DNA of 64,000 nt from Selaginella moellendorffii. Its lineage: Eukaryota > Plantae > Lycopodiophyta. The DNA lies in assembly GCF_000143415.4 (NCBI RefSeq), contig NW_003314338.1:274157-338156 (forward strand), read 5' to 3'. A model generated the notes under the pieces. That model saw nothing but the letters and a program-made list of their open reading frames with translations, made no database searches and had not been told where the DNA came from. The translations under genes were made by a program, and so were the position numbers. Positions 1 through 11,400 of this stretch are shown here, one piece after another (the stretch's first letter is position 1; each line of letters opens with the position of its first letter).

Positions 1-1138
1 TATAGTTATTCCTGATTAATGCTTACTTCCATCCTTTGTTCCATGTCACTATGACAATTTTATCATAAAGGATCTGCGTGATCACACAATGCTTTATTAG
101 TGTTAAACAAGAAATAATTACCTTTTGACTGTCTTATCCGGCTCACTTTATGTCTTGGTATTCTACATATCAAAAGAAAGATAGTAATAAAGCAATGGCT
201 CCAATCTTAAAAAACTTACCCTATTATTGTTATTATCTCAGTGTTTTTGTAAATTTCAAGGTATTTTTTTGTGATGTGTATATGATGAGGTACATGATGC
301 TACCAGTATAAAATAAAATATAATTTTTATAATAAAATAATTAAAATATAATAAAATAATTGTAAAATATTAAAAGTTATTAAAATAAAATATAACACAT
401 AAAGGTAACATCTTTCACTTAGTATCATACAATTCCAAAACTTTCAATCTAAAAACTAAACTCTATAACAATGTTTATATTTTAGATGTATGTAGTTTAA
501 ATGAATTTTAAATATTTATTTTTAATATCATTATATTTTAGTGTACTTAAGTAAAACTTATTTTATTAAGAGGAAAAATTTTAGAGCTGAAAGAAACACT
601 TTTTATGAATTATATAGATTTTAAATAAAAGAAAAAATTATTTACCAAACCTTAATCTCTAAATGGCTCATCTGGCCATATGATCCCATATTGAGCAATT
701 TCATTTATAGAAGATCGAAAACTTCACTCAACAAACAGAGTTTTAAATGTAATATAATGTTATGAGTTATATATATTATGTTATGATATGTGTTACTGAT
801 AGAGTCAATTGTAGAAGGGATTTTAAATATAAAGATATTTAAATACAAAGATGTTTAACTATGTATGTTATCAAAATGATTATGTTAAAAATTACAATTA
901 CAATTACAACCTTTGAAATTACTAAAACATCAAAAATAAACACAATCCTCCTAGTGTAGCTAGGACTTTTGCTAGTACTCCCTTATTTGAAAGTGCTATT
1001 GGCATATGGCATCTGGCATCTTTTATTCTATTTTTAGAATATTATTTATGGATATACTTAAAATCTGATGGTTGATAATTAAAGACTTTCAAACAACAGC
1101 CTAGATTAAAACACATGGCATAAGGGTGATAACACTTC

Positions 1139-3410
1139 ATGGATGGAGAAGAAACTTGGCACCTCGAACCCTCCATACTTCAGCAGATCAGACATGGAAA
1201 ATGGCAAACTGGGAGGCTGCAACCGTATCCACAGCAGGAGCTATTGCTACAGAAGTCGGCTGAACCATTAGAAACAGATCAAGCATCAACTGAAAGTGCA
1301 CTTACTCTTGAGCAAAGACGTGTTCGCAAGCTTGAGCTTCAGGTAATCTCTATCCCTGCTTCATTGTAAATAAGCGCAAGTGCTGTGAATTTCGTCTGTA
1401 ACTTTCCACCTTATACACCAGGGATGCATGAAGGACTGGGCATTCAATTACAAGCTTTTTACACTGCAGGAAGGAATCATATTATTCAACCAGAAGCCTG
1501 CAAGGGTATTGATTTCATTGTAAAAGCCAAGAAAGTGGAGAAAATTCCTGAAGAGGTTGTCAAGTTCCTCCTGAGTACCATAGGTCTCAACAGAGGCCTG
1601 ATCGGGGATTACCTGGGTGAAAAAGAGGAGTTTTCATTTATGCACGTCTATGTTGACTCCAACTGTCATAATATGGAGTTTGACATGTCGATACGAACAT
1701 TCTTGATGGGATTCAGTCTCCCTGGGAGATCAGAAGATAAATAGGACAATGGAAAAATTTGCAGAGCGATATTGCACCTGTAATCCGATGGTGAAAGATG
1801 AGGTGAGCAAATGCTTCCACTTCCTTCCAAGATCTCACTCATGGGCTATTACAGATGTCTAAAGCTGCATTTATAAAAACTAACGGAGGTATTGACGATG
1901 GAAAGGATCTTCCTGAAGAGTTTATGGGAGGACTATACGACCGTATAGTGAACAAAGAAATTAAAATGAAAGCGGATAATGTTATTCCGGTCACAAAACC
2001 AGCTGGGAAGGACAATAATTTCCTGCTGGGATTGAGAACATCATGAAATAGTTATCCGAAAGCCCAAAGAAGAGACTGTTTGAGTCCAGTGAAGACGTGA
2101 TTCGTTATATGCAAGATCAGCTCAAAGAAAAAGCTGAGAAACCAGAGTAAGCTTCACTGTTTCCTTATTGTATTGGTAGCATTGCCTTCATTTTCTACTA
2201 GATCTGCGACAGACATGGAAATTTTTAAGCCAATGGTAGAAGTTTCATGGGGATGCGGGGCCTAGTGTCCCACTAGACAAGAGAGACGACGAGGGTGTGA
2301 CTTCACCGTGCCTGGAAGGGTTCAGGCATGAGATACATATCACTGCAGTGATGTGCATGCAGGATGCTTCTGTGACTTCTCTTGCAAAGTTTACATCGCT
2401 ACATTCTCCTGTGGATATCAAGTAGAAAAACGTGAATGCTATCAAGATAAATTTAGTGTGACGACATATGGTGCTTACCCAGGCCAAATATTGCAAATGA
2501 ATAAGGAAATTATTGGCAGCACACATGGGAGCATGTACTTACATGCGTTTCACGATTGATCAGCTTTATCTCATCGGCGGCTCTTCATGATGCTACTTTC
2601 TTTTCAAACGATCCAGAAAATACTAAGCTATCAACTGCTCCAAAAAGAAAAGGAAGATTGCATTTTGCTGCTCTAGCTGCACATCCAGGACCATACGACA
2701 GTACTGGTGGCAGGCAGAGCCCAATACCTGGTGCAGTCACTGCAGAGAAAATGAGTAATCTCTTTTCAAATCTCAGTTTGCTTGGTCAAATCGATTCAAA
2801 CGAAGCTAACAAATTTTTTACTCGAAGTCAAGCCTTAAGTAGCGAAGGAATTGTGGACTTTGTAAAAGCATTATGCAAAGTGTCCATGGATGAACTGCGA
2901 TCTCCTACTGATCCACGAGTGTTCAGTCTCACAAAATTGTGGAAATCTCGTAAGTGATTTGATTGTGATGTATTCACTCACTTGTTGTATAGGCACTTCA
3001 ATATGATCAGGCTGGTCTGGAGCAGGATGTAGAATACATTGTCTGACTATTTTGTTACTGTTGGGTGTTCAAGCAATTTCTCAGTTGCTATGTATGCCAT
3101 GGACTCTCTGCGGCAGTTAGCGATGAAACTCATGGATCGTGAAGAGCTTGCAAATTACAACTTCTAGAGTGAGTTTATGCGGCCTTTTGTCATCATCATG
3201 CAGAGAAGTGCCTCTGTTGAAATACAAGAATTTATCATCCGTTGTGTCTCTCAAATGGTGTGCAGCAGGAAATCTGGCTGGAAAATTACGTTTATGGTAA
3301 CAAACTTTTCAGAGTCAAGGTATCAATCCTTTATCAATTACATTTCCTTACAACTGCCGCAACAGATAGAGATAGCGGCATTGTCCATCTTGTATATTCA
3401 CAGACTGTGA
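1139..3410 (+). pseudogene. BIG-type (brefeldin A-inhibited) ARF guanine-nucleotide exchange factor fragment, Sec7 + HDS domains, multi-exon, disrupted
   Basis: Motifs EQRRVRKLELQ, LIGDYLGEKEEF..MHVYVDS...FLMGFSLPG, GIDDGKDLPEEFMGGLYDRIVNKEIKMK (Sec7), FTRSQALSSEGIVDFVKALCKVSMDELRSPTDPRVFSLTK and MRPFVIIMQ..IIRCVSQMV..KSGWK are spread over several frames with stops, frameshifts and short GT-AG introns. N- and C-terminal parts are missing. Confidence 0.85.
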
Positions 3411-4849
3411 ATTGCTTCTCACTCTGTGTTCTTCAAATATTTTCTAGAATTATAGAGATTGTTTTGAATCAAGAGGTAAAGAGATTGTTTTGAAACAAGA
3501 GGATTGTTTTGTGCCACTCACTCATTCCAGAGGTAATAGTAAAGTAAAGGATTTTTAGTAAAGGGCCTTCTAATTTTTCTCTTTAATAAGTAACTCTGTG
3601 TTCTTCAAATTTTTTCTAAAATATTAGAGATTGTTTTGAATTAGAGGTGTAACATCTCAGGAACACAACATGGGCTTTAAAGTTTTTGAGCCAATCTTGG
3701 GTTGTCTTGCAACCGATAAGAATAAGAATGCATGAAAGCCAATCACTATTATGGGAGCAAAAAAAATATTATGTTTATTGGAAAGATCTTTTTCCAAAGG
3801 TAATAGTAAAGTAAAGGGTTTTGAGTAAAAGAGCCTTTTCATTATTTAATCAAATATTTAAATATAAATTTTTAGTTGAATTATATATATTTATAAATTT
3901 ATTGAAAAAATATTGAATCAAGTAAAATTTTCAAATACTATATTTGTTGTAAAGTGCCATTTCTTTAAAGTATTTAACACTCTCAGGGGTGTTAATAGAT
4001 TTAGCTATTAACATGAGACTTAGCTATTCTAAGTTTTTATTTCTCAAGTATTTTATCATTTAATTTTCATAGTAGTTATCTTGTATATTATAATTTATAA
4101 AATGTTTGAGATCCATTGCTGAAGCATGTTCTGGTTGATAAGGTTTTAAAGGCATATTAAATTTTTTTTCAAAATACCTAATATAAAATTTTGAAAAGTG
4201 TTATTTTGAATTTGCATTATGAAATCTAAAAACCTGATATTTTGTGAGAGGAAGAAACTAAAAATTTAAAAGATCACACATGTACATAGATACCCATTGT
4301 GGCAACGGTAGTGATTATTATTTTGTATTCTGCTCTATATGACCTCCCATATATGATATGATCTATATCATAGACTCATAGTTTTAGAAAATAATTTTAG
4401 TTTATGTAATAAAATTCAAATTATATTATTAAGCTTATTATTATACATTATAATATTTAGATTATTATTAATGTATATAAACATTTTATTATTTAGATTA
4501 CAGTATTGATAAATTTAGTGACAATATTATAATACAGTATTAATATTACATATTTATGATAATAATATAATTTTAATATTTAAAATTCTTTATTAATTCA
4601 CATATTTATATGTAACAAAAATTATATTTAATAAATCTAGTCTGTAGCAATGTTTGCCAATACTTAGTTAATGTTAACAGTTTGTAATTAATTACATTAT
4701 TACAATCTTTTTTAATCATTCATTAGCTTCTATACAACATTAGTTTTGAAAGCTCCAACTTGGCTTATATTTAGAAACCTGATACCACACACAAGAAATT
4801 ATAAAACAATAGTAGAAAGAAATAAAACATACTTTTTGTTTTCTCGCAC

Positions 4850-5059
4850 ATTTTTTCTTGTAAGTGTCAAGTCCACTATAAAAGGTTCAATTTCTCAGTA
4901 TCTCTGTAGATCTCGAGCTTGCAATGAATCTTCAGATTATACATCTTTGATCAAATAGAGTCCATTACAGCCCAAAAAAAGTAGTATAATCATCAGCTTA
5001 TATGGAAGCATCCCTACAATTTCATTAGCAGCATCATCAAATGCAACTTGCCTATATAT
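4850..5059 (-). pseudogene. RPA1 (RPA70)-like OB-fold gene, C-terminal part, separated from 12606-13158 by the LTR insertion
   Basis: Minus strand reads VAFDDAANEIVGMLPYKL, continuing ..LCILDNTGHI from the other side of the TATAT TSD; resembles RPA1 DBD-C (D.TG..WV.AF...AE.I.G). Confidence 0.6.
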
Positions 5060-6226
5060 TGTAAGGAACCGACTCCCCGAGATGTCGTAGGCTAAAGGAT
5101 CCCCAAAAGCTTGAGCGAAATGACAAAGAGTTCATCAGATAGGACCAAGTTGAGGATCGAGTCCAAGACTGACTCTAGGACCGAGTTCGAGATAGGGTCC
5201 GGAATCGAGTCCGAGACCGACTCGGGGACCGAGTTCGAGTTCGAGTCCGAGTTCGAGACCGAGTTCGAGACGGAGTCCGAGATCCGAAATCGGGTCCGAG
5301 ACCGAGTCCGAGGTCGAGTCCGAGGTCAGGTCCGAGATCGGGTCTGAGATCGAGTCCGAGATCGAGTCCGAGACCGAATCCGAAGTCGGATGCGAAATCG
5401 GGTCCGAGATCGAGCCAGAGACTAAGTCCAAATACTAATACGGGTCAAGGGGTGAAAGCTCAAAGCGTGCGTCTCCCAGGGGGGGGGGGGGCTGCAGGGG
5501 GTTCCAAAAGTATAGTAGGGATAGTGAGGTCTAGGAACCAGTCTTGAAGGAACTCTCCAGTGGTGCTTCTAAACTGACTTGAGGTTGAGACTGGGGCCGA
5601 GGGGCCTTGGGTGGGAGTGAGCATGGGCCTGAGTGGTGCCGGAGGGGCCACCCAGGGAAGTGCTCAAGAGCAGCTCCCACTCCCGAAAGGGAAACCGACT
5701 GCGGTGCTCTTGGCTCAGGTGGAGTGGTGCCCCATTTGAGTACTTTGTGGCTCATTGGTCCTTGCCCTTCCTAGGGGCTTGGGCCTTCCCTTCGGGATGG
5801 AAGTGGGGGGGTAGAGGTACCCATACCGGGCCGTTAGGCCACGGTGTTTCGCCCCGACGTCCCGAAGCAAGTGCTGCACCCAAGACTTGGGATTTAGAGG
5901 GTCCCATGATCAAGTCTTGTGGTACCAAGGGGTGTTAGGAATCTGGAGGCTTGGTGTGCTTGGCTGTTTGTGCCTGCGGGGAGTGTAGCCGAACCTTAAG
6001 TCCAGTCTAACCCGGGGAGGGGGATTGGGAGAGATTTGGGAATCCGTAGATGGATGGCTAACACTCCGTTGCTCGTGCAGTAAGTAGCTGAAACCAAGTA
6101 GGACCAAGTAAGAGCTGGTACCATAGACAGGAACCTTGGCGAGGGAACTTAGCACAAGCCAAGGCAGAGTCGGTCGGATAGACGAGGTAAGCTGGCAAAT
6201 TGGAAAGGAAAAATTTGTGGCTTACA
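5060..6226 (+). repeat. 5' LTR of family A (1167 bp) with GAGTCC/GAGATC hexamer array
   Basis: TG...CA ends, direct repeat of 11462-12605, followed by the PBS. Confidence 0.95.
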
Positions 6227-6229
6227 ATT

Positions 6230-6241
6230 TGGTATCGGAGC
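6230..6241 (+). promoter_or_regulatory. Primer-binding site, tRNA-iMet-like (TGGTATCGGAGC)
   Basis: Starts 3 nt after the LTR end; one A>G difference from canonical TGGTATCAGAGC. Confidence 0.85.
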
Positions 6242-9200
6242 GTCTTCCTCAGTTCTAGCGAAGGATAGAGGCGGATTGCTGGGAGATGGCAAGGGCAGGA
6301 TGTAAGCGAACCCAGGCAGAGACGGAACCTCCTCCAGAGCTGGAGCCTCCGGTCGAACAGGAGGCTATGGATGAGGAATCTTTGCATGAGGAAGACTCCA
6401 GTGAGGCAACTTCCAAACAGGAGTCTGGTGGTGAGGTTCGGTCGTCCAAGGCTCGATTGGATGTTCTAGAAGGACAATTGGCACAGACCAATGCCCTGCT
6501 AGAGACTCTCGTACGCAAGCGAAAGCGTGACGAGAAGCAGAAGAAAAAGCGAAAGACTGTGGATGCTGGCAGCGCAGAAGGTGCGGACCCTTCGGCAGGG
6601 ACTGAGGCAAAATCAGACAAGGTCGAACAGACCGAAGTGGAATCAGGCCCTCAGGTAGTTCCCAAGTACAAACCAAAGCCCCCACCGGTCTTCAAGGGAG
6701 TGAACAACTATAAGTTGGTGGAGGATTGGTTTTACGATATGGAGGACTACTTTCGAGCGTTGCGATTACCGAGCTCAGAGAAGGTCTCATGTGCAAAACC
6801 ATACTTGGCAGATAATGCCAAGTCTTGGTGGAGAACGACAGAGGCCAATGAAGGACTGGTGGCCACTTGGGAAATGATGAAGGCGAGGATCCGCGCAACT
6901 TACGTTCCTCCGAATGCTACTCTGCATCTAAGAGACGAGCTGAGTAGGCTGAAGCAGACCGGAACCATTCAGGAGTATGTGAATGGGTTTATGGCAAAGA
7001 GGATACTTGTCATGGATATGGGGGATATGGATGCGTTCCATGCCTTCATATCAGGTTTGCAAACCTGGGCTCGCGGCGAAGTAATGCGGTGGAACCCGAC
7101 CAACTACAAGGAAGCATTGGATGCGGCCATCAAGGTGCATTTCAACAATAACCTGCGAAAGGGGAACACGACGGGGTCGGGATCCACGTTTAGCAAAGGG
7201 GCCAAACCAAGAGGAACGTTTAGCAGAGGGAAATTCAAGAAGAGTTTCTCTAAGAATGAGTCCTCGGGGTTCTGGAAAGGCAGATCCGGTGGCCAGCAAG
7301 CGAGTACGTGGGGGAGTCAAGCGAAAAGAGACAAACCCACAGATAAGAAGGTCAAGTCATATAGCAGCGTGGGAAATAACGTATGCTACAACTGCGGTGA
7401 AGCGGGACACTTCTCGAGGGAATGTCCCTACCCGAAGAAGGCCAGAGCCAATATGGCCATCAAGTCGGGTGAAGTCCAAACGGAGGTATGTGATCCAGTC
7501 CCTAACTCAAAGTTACTCATTACACGAGCAACTTTGGTAGAGAGTCGTTCGCGACATCTACTAGCCCTCCAAGGGAAGCTCGGAGGTAGCTTTGTTAAAA
7601 TCCTTATTGACAAGGGTGCTTTGGATAATTTTGTGGCTGCAGACATAGTCCGGCAAGCCGGACTAACGGTGCAGCGGCTAGGCGAACCAAGGACTATAGA
7701 GTTTGTTCAAGGTAGCCAAAGCACTGATGAGGTACTTCGACAAGCGAGAGTCGAAGTGGGGACTTGGAAGGTGGACATGGATTTCACCGTGTTGGACATG
7801 GTGGGATTTGACGTGATCTTCGGAATGGACTGGTTCAATCGATTTGTGGTAGCCCTGCATGGACAAGGTAGAAACCTTGTGGTACTGGCGAATGCCCAAG
7901 GAAGAAGATCTAGGGTGGAGGCGAAGGATCTAAAGGTAGGGCAAAGCAAGGCCAAAGATTCCTGCTTAAACCTGGTGTCCACGAGAGGACAACTCACTAA
8001 AGGAACTAAGGCGGCCTTTTTGTGCTTACTCTCGGTGAAGAGTGACAAAAAGACAGGAATGGAAGAAGTACCTTTAGTGATCCAGCGGGTGTTGGACCAA
8101 TTCCAGGATACCATGCCGGAGGAGCTACCGGCGGGGCTACCCCCAGCACGACCGATAGAACATAAGATTGAGCTGGTCGAGGGTGCTGAGGCAATGGTTC
8201 GTCCCCCTTATCGTTTGAACAAAAAAGAACTCAAGGAGCTCAAGTGCCAACTAGAGGAGTTGGTGGACAAAGGGTATGTTAGGTTGAGCAAGTCGCCGTA
8301 TGGGGCGCCGGTGTTATTTGTGAAAAAGAAAGATGGATCTATGCGCATGTGCATAGACTACTGGTTGCTCAACAAGTATACAAAGAAGAACAAATACCCT
8401 TTGCCAAGGATTGAGGACCTGTTCGATAGGTTGGGAAAGGCAAAATACTTCTCGAGGATTGACCTAAGGTCAGGATACTACCAGATCAGGGTAGCCGAGG
8501 AAGATGTCGAGAAGACAACCTGTCGAACGAGGTATGGGAGCTTTGAGTTTCTGGTGATGCCCTTCGGGCTATGTAATGCGCCGGCAACATTTTTGGCGCT
8601 AATGAACCACATCTTTGTACCCTATCTGGATCACTTTGTGGTCGTCTATATCGACGACATCCTGATCTATAGCGAGACGCTAGAGGAGCATGCCGAACAC
8701 TTGGCGAAGGTGTTTGAGAAACTAAGAGAACACAAACTATATGCTAAAGAGAGCAAATGTGACTTTGCTCAACAAGAGGTAAAGTTTCTCGGGCATGTGG
8801 TGGGCCAGGACGGGCTCAAGATGGACCTGGAGAAGGTCCAAGCGATCCAGGAATGGGAGCGACCATCCAATGTACACGAGTTGAGGGCATTCCTGGGGCT
8901 ATGCAACTACTATCGAAAGTTTATCAGACACTATTCGAGAGTAGCCCTGCCCTTAACGGACCAAATAGGAAAAGGGAAGATGGTGTGGACAGCGGAATGC
9001 GAGGTGGCATTCGTCCACCTCAAAGGGAAGTTGAGGAAGGCTCCCGTATTGGCATTACCAGACTTTGGTAAGGACTTTGAGGTAGAAACGGATGCTTCAA
9101 ACTTTGCGTTGGGTGCAGTTTTGAAGCAAGACAACCATCCGATAGCATTCTTCTTGAAAAAGCTGGACAAGGCTCAATAGAAGTGGCTTGCCCACGAGAA

Positions 9201-10159
9201 GGAATTGTTTGCGGTGGTCAAGGCGCTCAAGGAGTGGCGACACTACCTTGGGAGACACTTCAAGGTTTACCCGGACAATGTGGCAACAAAACACTTCTTG
9301 TCACAGCCCGACCTAAGAGGGAAACAAGGTTGGTGGGCCAATGCCTTGGCTGAGTTTGATTGCGAGATTCTGTACAAGCCTGGGAAGAGCAACATCGTGG
9401 CGGATGCGCTAAGTTGAAAAGCGAGGTTGAGGTTGGCAATATCCAGCGCAACAACAACCTTCTGGGACGATGTGCGGACAGCATATGAGAACGATGGTCT
9501 AGCACAAGAAGTGTTGCTGAGGAATCTAGAGGCGCAGGAAGCTCACCAGAGAGGTGAGCTGCCAACGGAAGAAAAAACGGGCTATGCGGAACGCAACGGA
9601 CTCATCTATTACAAGCAAACGAGGGTGTATGTTCCAGAAGGGGAACTAAGGAAGGTGGCCTTAGAAGAGTGTCATGACGGACCTCTTGCGAGACACGGCG
9701 GAGTGCCCAAGACGATGGGCTTACTCAAAAGGAAGTACCATTGGCCAGATATGGCTAAGGACGTCCAAGACTATGTAAAGACATGTCCAACATGTCAACA
9801 GGTAAAAGCCGTGACTAAGGCTAGTGGGGGCTTGTTGCAAAGCATCCCAATTCCAGATCGCCCGTGGAAATGTCTTACGATGGACTTCATCACAGGACTC
9901 CCCCCAAGCGAGGGGTTTGATGCGATATTCGTGGTGGTGGACCGATTTTCGAAAATGGCACATTTCATACCCACCACAACGGAGGTGGATGCAGAAGGTG
10001 TGGCGAAGCTGTTCTTCGAACAAGTGGTTCGAGTGCGGGGAAGACCGGAAGAGATCAACTCAGATCGAGATAAGATCTTCACCAGTAGGTTCTGGAGGAC
10101 TCTCCTAGAATAGTATCGCACCAAGTTGAAATTCAGCACAGCCTATCACCCACAGACAG

Positions 10160-10205
10160 GTATGGGGTATTAAGTCAAGTTGTTGGCATTAACACTTCTT
10201 GACAG
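10160..10205 (+). other. 46-nt GT-AG intron in the integrase catalytic core
   Basis: GTATGG...CATTAAC..TTCTTGACAG; removal restores AYHPQT-D-GQTERVN and the reading frame exactly. Confidence 0.85.
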
Positions 10206-10623
10206 ACGGACAAACGGAAAGGGTGAATAGGCAGCTGGAGGATTATTTGCGATGCTATGTCTCGGGAGACCAGACCGATTGGGTAAGTCATTTGGGACTT
10301 GCGGAAATGTGTTATAACAACTCACCACATTCGAGTATCGGGGTGAGTCCATGGGAAGTCATCAATGGGCGAGCTATTGAAGGTCCTGTGGAACTCGGCG
10401 TGGCTGAGTATCATGGAGAGTTGCCCGCAGTGGAGGCATTCACGGCGGAAAGACTCAGCATTTGGAATCTAGTAAGGGATTCCTTGGAACGGGCTCAACA
10501 AAGGCAAACCAAATACGCGAACCAGAAGCGTCGGGATGTAGAGTTCCAAGCTGGGGAGAAGGTGTGGCTGAACACCAAGAACCTCAGACTACCAAGTGGG
10601 ATCAGCCAAAAGTTGACCCAAAG

Positions 10624-10675
10624 GTAAAGATGCATGTATTCCTATAAATGAATTGATCTTGAGTTCCTTAAGCAG
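10624..10675 (+). other. 52-nt GT-AG intron before the GPY/F motif
   Basis: GTAAAG...TTAAGCAG; removal restores KLTQ-R-FAGPYEI and the reading frame exactly. Confidence 0.85.
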
Positions 10676-11149
10676 GTTCGCGGGGCCTTACGAGATTGAG
10701 GCACGAATCGGTAAAGTGGCTTACCGCCTCCGACTTCCTCGAGAGATGGGGAAGATGCACCCAGTGTTCCACGTGAACTTACTCAAGCCGTACTTTGAGG
10801 ATCCGCTTCGCAAGGACCAAGTGAGACCTTTACCTGAGGTTATCCAAGGGGAAGAGGAATACGAAGTCGAGGCCATCCTCAATGCGCGCCAGAGCAAGCG
10901 ACAAGGACGTGAGGTGAGAGAGTTCCATGTGAAGTGGAAAGGATTTCCACACTGCGAAGCAACATGGGAACCGGAGGAGAACCTAGCGAACGCACGAGAT
11001 CTAGTGGAGGAATTTCTGCAAGGCAGAACTCTATGTACTTATGCAAAATTCAATTAAAAAATATCAATTTGCAAAGTTGAGCAAGTGGCATATGTTGGGA
11101 CCCGAAGGCGTGCCAAAGGTAAGCTAATTAGCATGGGTTGGATAGGTCG

Positions 11150-11400
11150 ACCAGGCGTAGGGCACTACGCCCGACTCCCCGCGGGGATGTCGAATCCGTA
11201 GACGTATTCTAGGGAGGTTGGGTTCGAGTCCCAACCCCCTAGTAAAGCAAGGCTGGGTTCAAGTCCCGACCCCATACTAGGGCGTGGTGAGGTTAGGGGT
11301 ATAGGGACACCTATATTCCGTTGTCATGGGCTCTTGGCCGGGGAGGCTAACTTAGGCACACCGCTAAGTGGGGGGATGCCCCCGGAGACATGGTCAACAA
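11150..11400 (+). ncRNA. Conserved structured 3'UTR RNA module (two T-loop-like hairpins plus multibranch element), shared with family B
   Basis: Homologous to 47400-47820 with compensatory base changes in several stems. Confidence 0.6.

Larger units (their letters stand above)
6286..11057 (+). pseudogene. gag-pol polyprotein (Gag, CCHC knuckle, protease, RT, RNase H, integrase, classical chromodomain) with 3 in-frame stops and two introns (10160-10205, 10624-10675)
   Basis: [14 protein letters not shown] knuckle; LIDKGA protease-like site; RT YIDD; RNase [13 protein letters not shown]; integrase [24 protein letters not shown]|DGQTE; R|FAGPY; chromodomain EYEVEAIL..VKWKGFPHCEATWEPEENL. Stops at 9178, 9415 and 10111. 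Confidence 0.95.

Noticed and set aside
3421-3840. Degenerate 40-60-bp direct repeats
   Set aside because: AT-rich local duplication with no element boundaries.
9178-9180. Programmed stop readthrough in pol
   Set aside because: Lies inside RNase H, is one of three stops and is explained by a simple C>T change.
10160-10675. Ribosomal frameshifts or random indels explaining the integrase frame changes
   Set aside because: Both changes involve 46-52 extra nt bounded exactly by GT and AG at motif-restoring positions, with in-frame stops inside.
11216-11271. GGTTCGAGTCCC as a tRNA gene or SINE
   Set aside because: No A box, D arm, anticodon arm or acceptor stem; isolated hairpins in a retroelement UTR.
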